Of a DNA stretch of 64,000 nt, positions 63,640-64,000 are shown piece after piece (position 1 is the first letter of the stretch; the number at the start of each line of letters is the position of its first letter). The DNA lies in the NCBI GenBank assembly GCA_964199315.1, contig OZ116712.1:7316001-7380000 (forward strand), read 5' to 3'. The translations under genes were made by a program, and so were the position numbers. The notes beneath the pieces were generated by a model, which did no database searches, had not been told where the DNA came from, and saw only the letters and a program-made list of their open reading frames with translations. Source of the stretch: Orbicella franksi (lineage: Eukaryota).

Positions 63640-63900
63640 TTAACTCCACGAGCGGAACCCTAGTGTGTGACAAATCAAATGAAAGCTGTTGGGCAGTACT
63701 TTTAAGCGGTTACTGTTTTTATGCTTTTGTGGTTCTGAGCTTTTAAATCTGTTTATGGGAGCTGTTATGCGGCTAGTCAAATTTGAAAACGGGCTTTTGC
63801 GATACTTTCACGTGGTGCTCTTTGTTTGAGGCTTTTTCTGTGAAGATGGCACCCATGGGAGTGCTAGTGCAGCACAAACTGTGCTGAAGTCTTTAATTTA
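63640..63900 (+). repeat. ~78-bp repeat family fragment
   Basis: GTGTGTGACAAATCAAATGAAAGCTGTTGGGCAGTACTTT..ACTGTTTTTATGCT..GATACTTTCACGTGGTGCT. Confidence 0.6.
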
Positions 63901-64000
63901 TGTCATCCCTTAACGTTGTGTTTAAAAGCACATTAATTAAAACTGATTTCTGTGTACAGATATAAATCATACAGCCGTAGCTTTAATTATTGTCACAGTA

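Noticed and set aside
1-64000. The remaining 60-120 aa ORFs in the track; rRNA, snRNA or miR-100 genes; prokaryotic defence or mobile systems
   Set aside because: Most ORFs have non-ATG starts and AT-rich random composition. I recognised no rRNA, snRNA or miRNA sequence, and no operon-like gene density.

Overview
Eukaryotic (animal) genomic DNA. It is AT-rich and carries tRNA-derived SINEs, MITE-like foldbacks and a ~78-bp repeat family that I recall from stony-coral/anthozoan genomes, so the taxon is an inference. The only securely identified protein-coding gene is a two-exon Six3/6 homeobox gene (25131-25705 + 28909-29047, + strand, 237 aa predicted). It sits in a long, CpG-rich interval with no other recognisable protein genes, probably its cis-regulatory landscape. 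The CpG-depleted first ~2.9 kb holds the 3' exons of an unidentified spliced gene. An inverted, divergent pair of tRNA-Arg(TCG) genes lies at 48.6-49.6 kb. There is also a 3' fragment of an RTE-clade LINE, two small tandem arrays (133 bp and ~80 bp units) and several hairpins, including a perfect 34-bp-arm palindrome. The most novel candidates are unannotated spliced transcripts inferred from promoter and splice signals only. (i) A minus-strand TATA/Inr-driven multi-exon non-coding RNA (53928 to ~47480) that would host the tRNA pair and span the perfect hairpin. (ii) A divergent, decayed 5-exon gene (54461-55339). (iii) A TATA-driven spliced RNA about 8.4 kb upstream of Six3/6. I found no prokaryotic-type system (CRISPR, operon, phage) and cannot claim a proven new system; all transcript models need RNA evidence.
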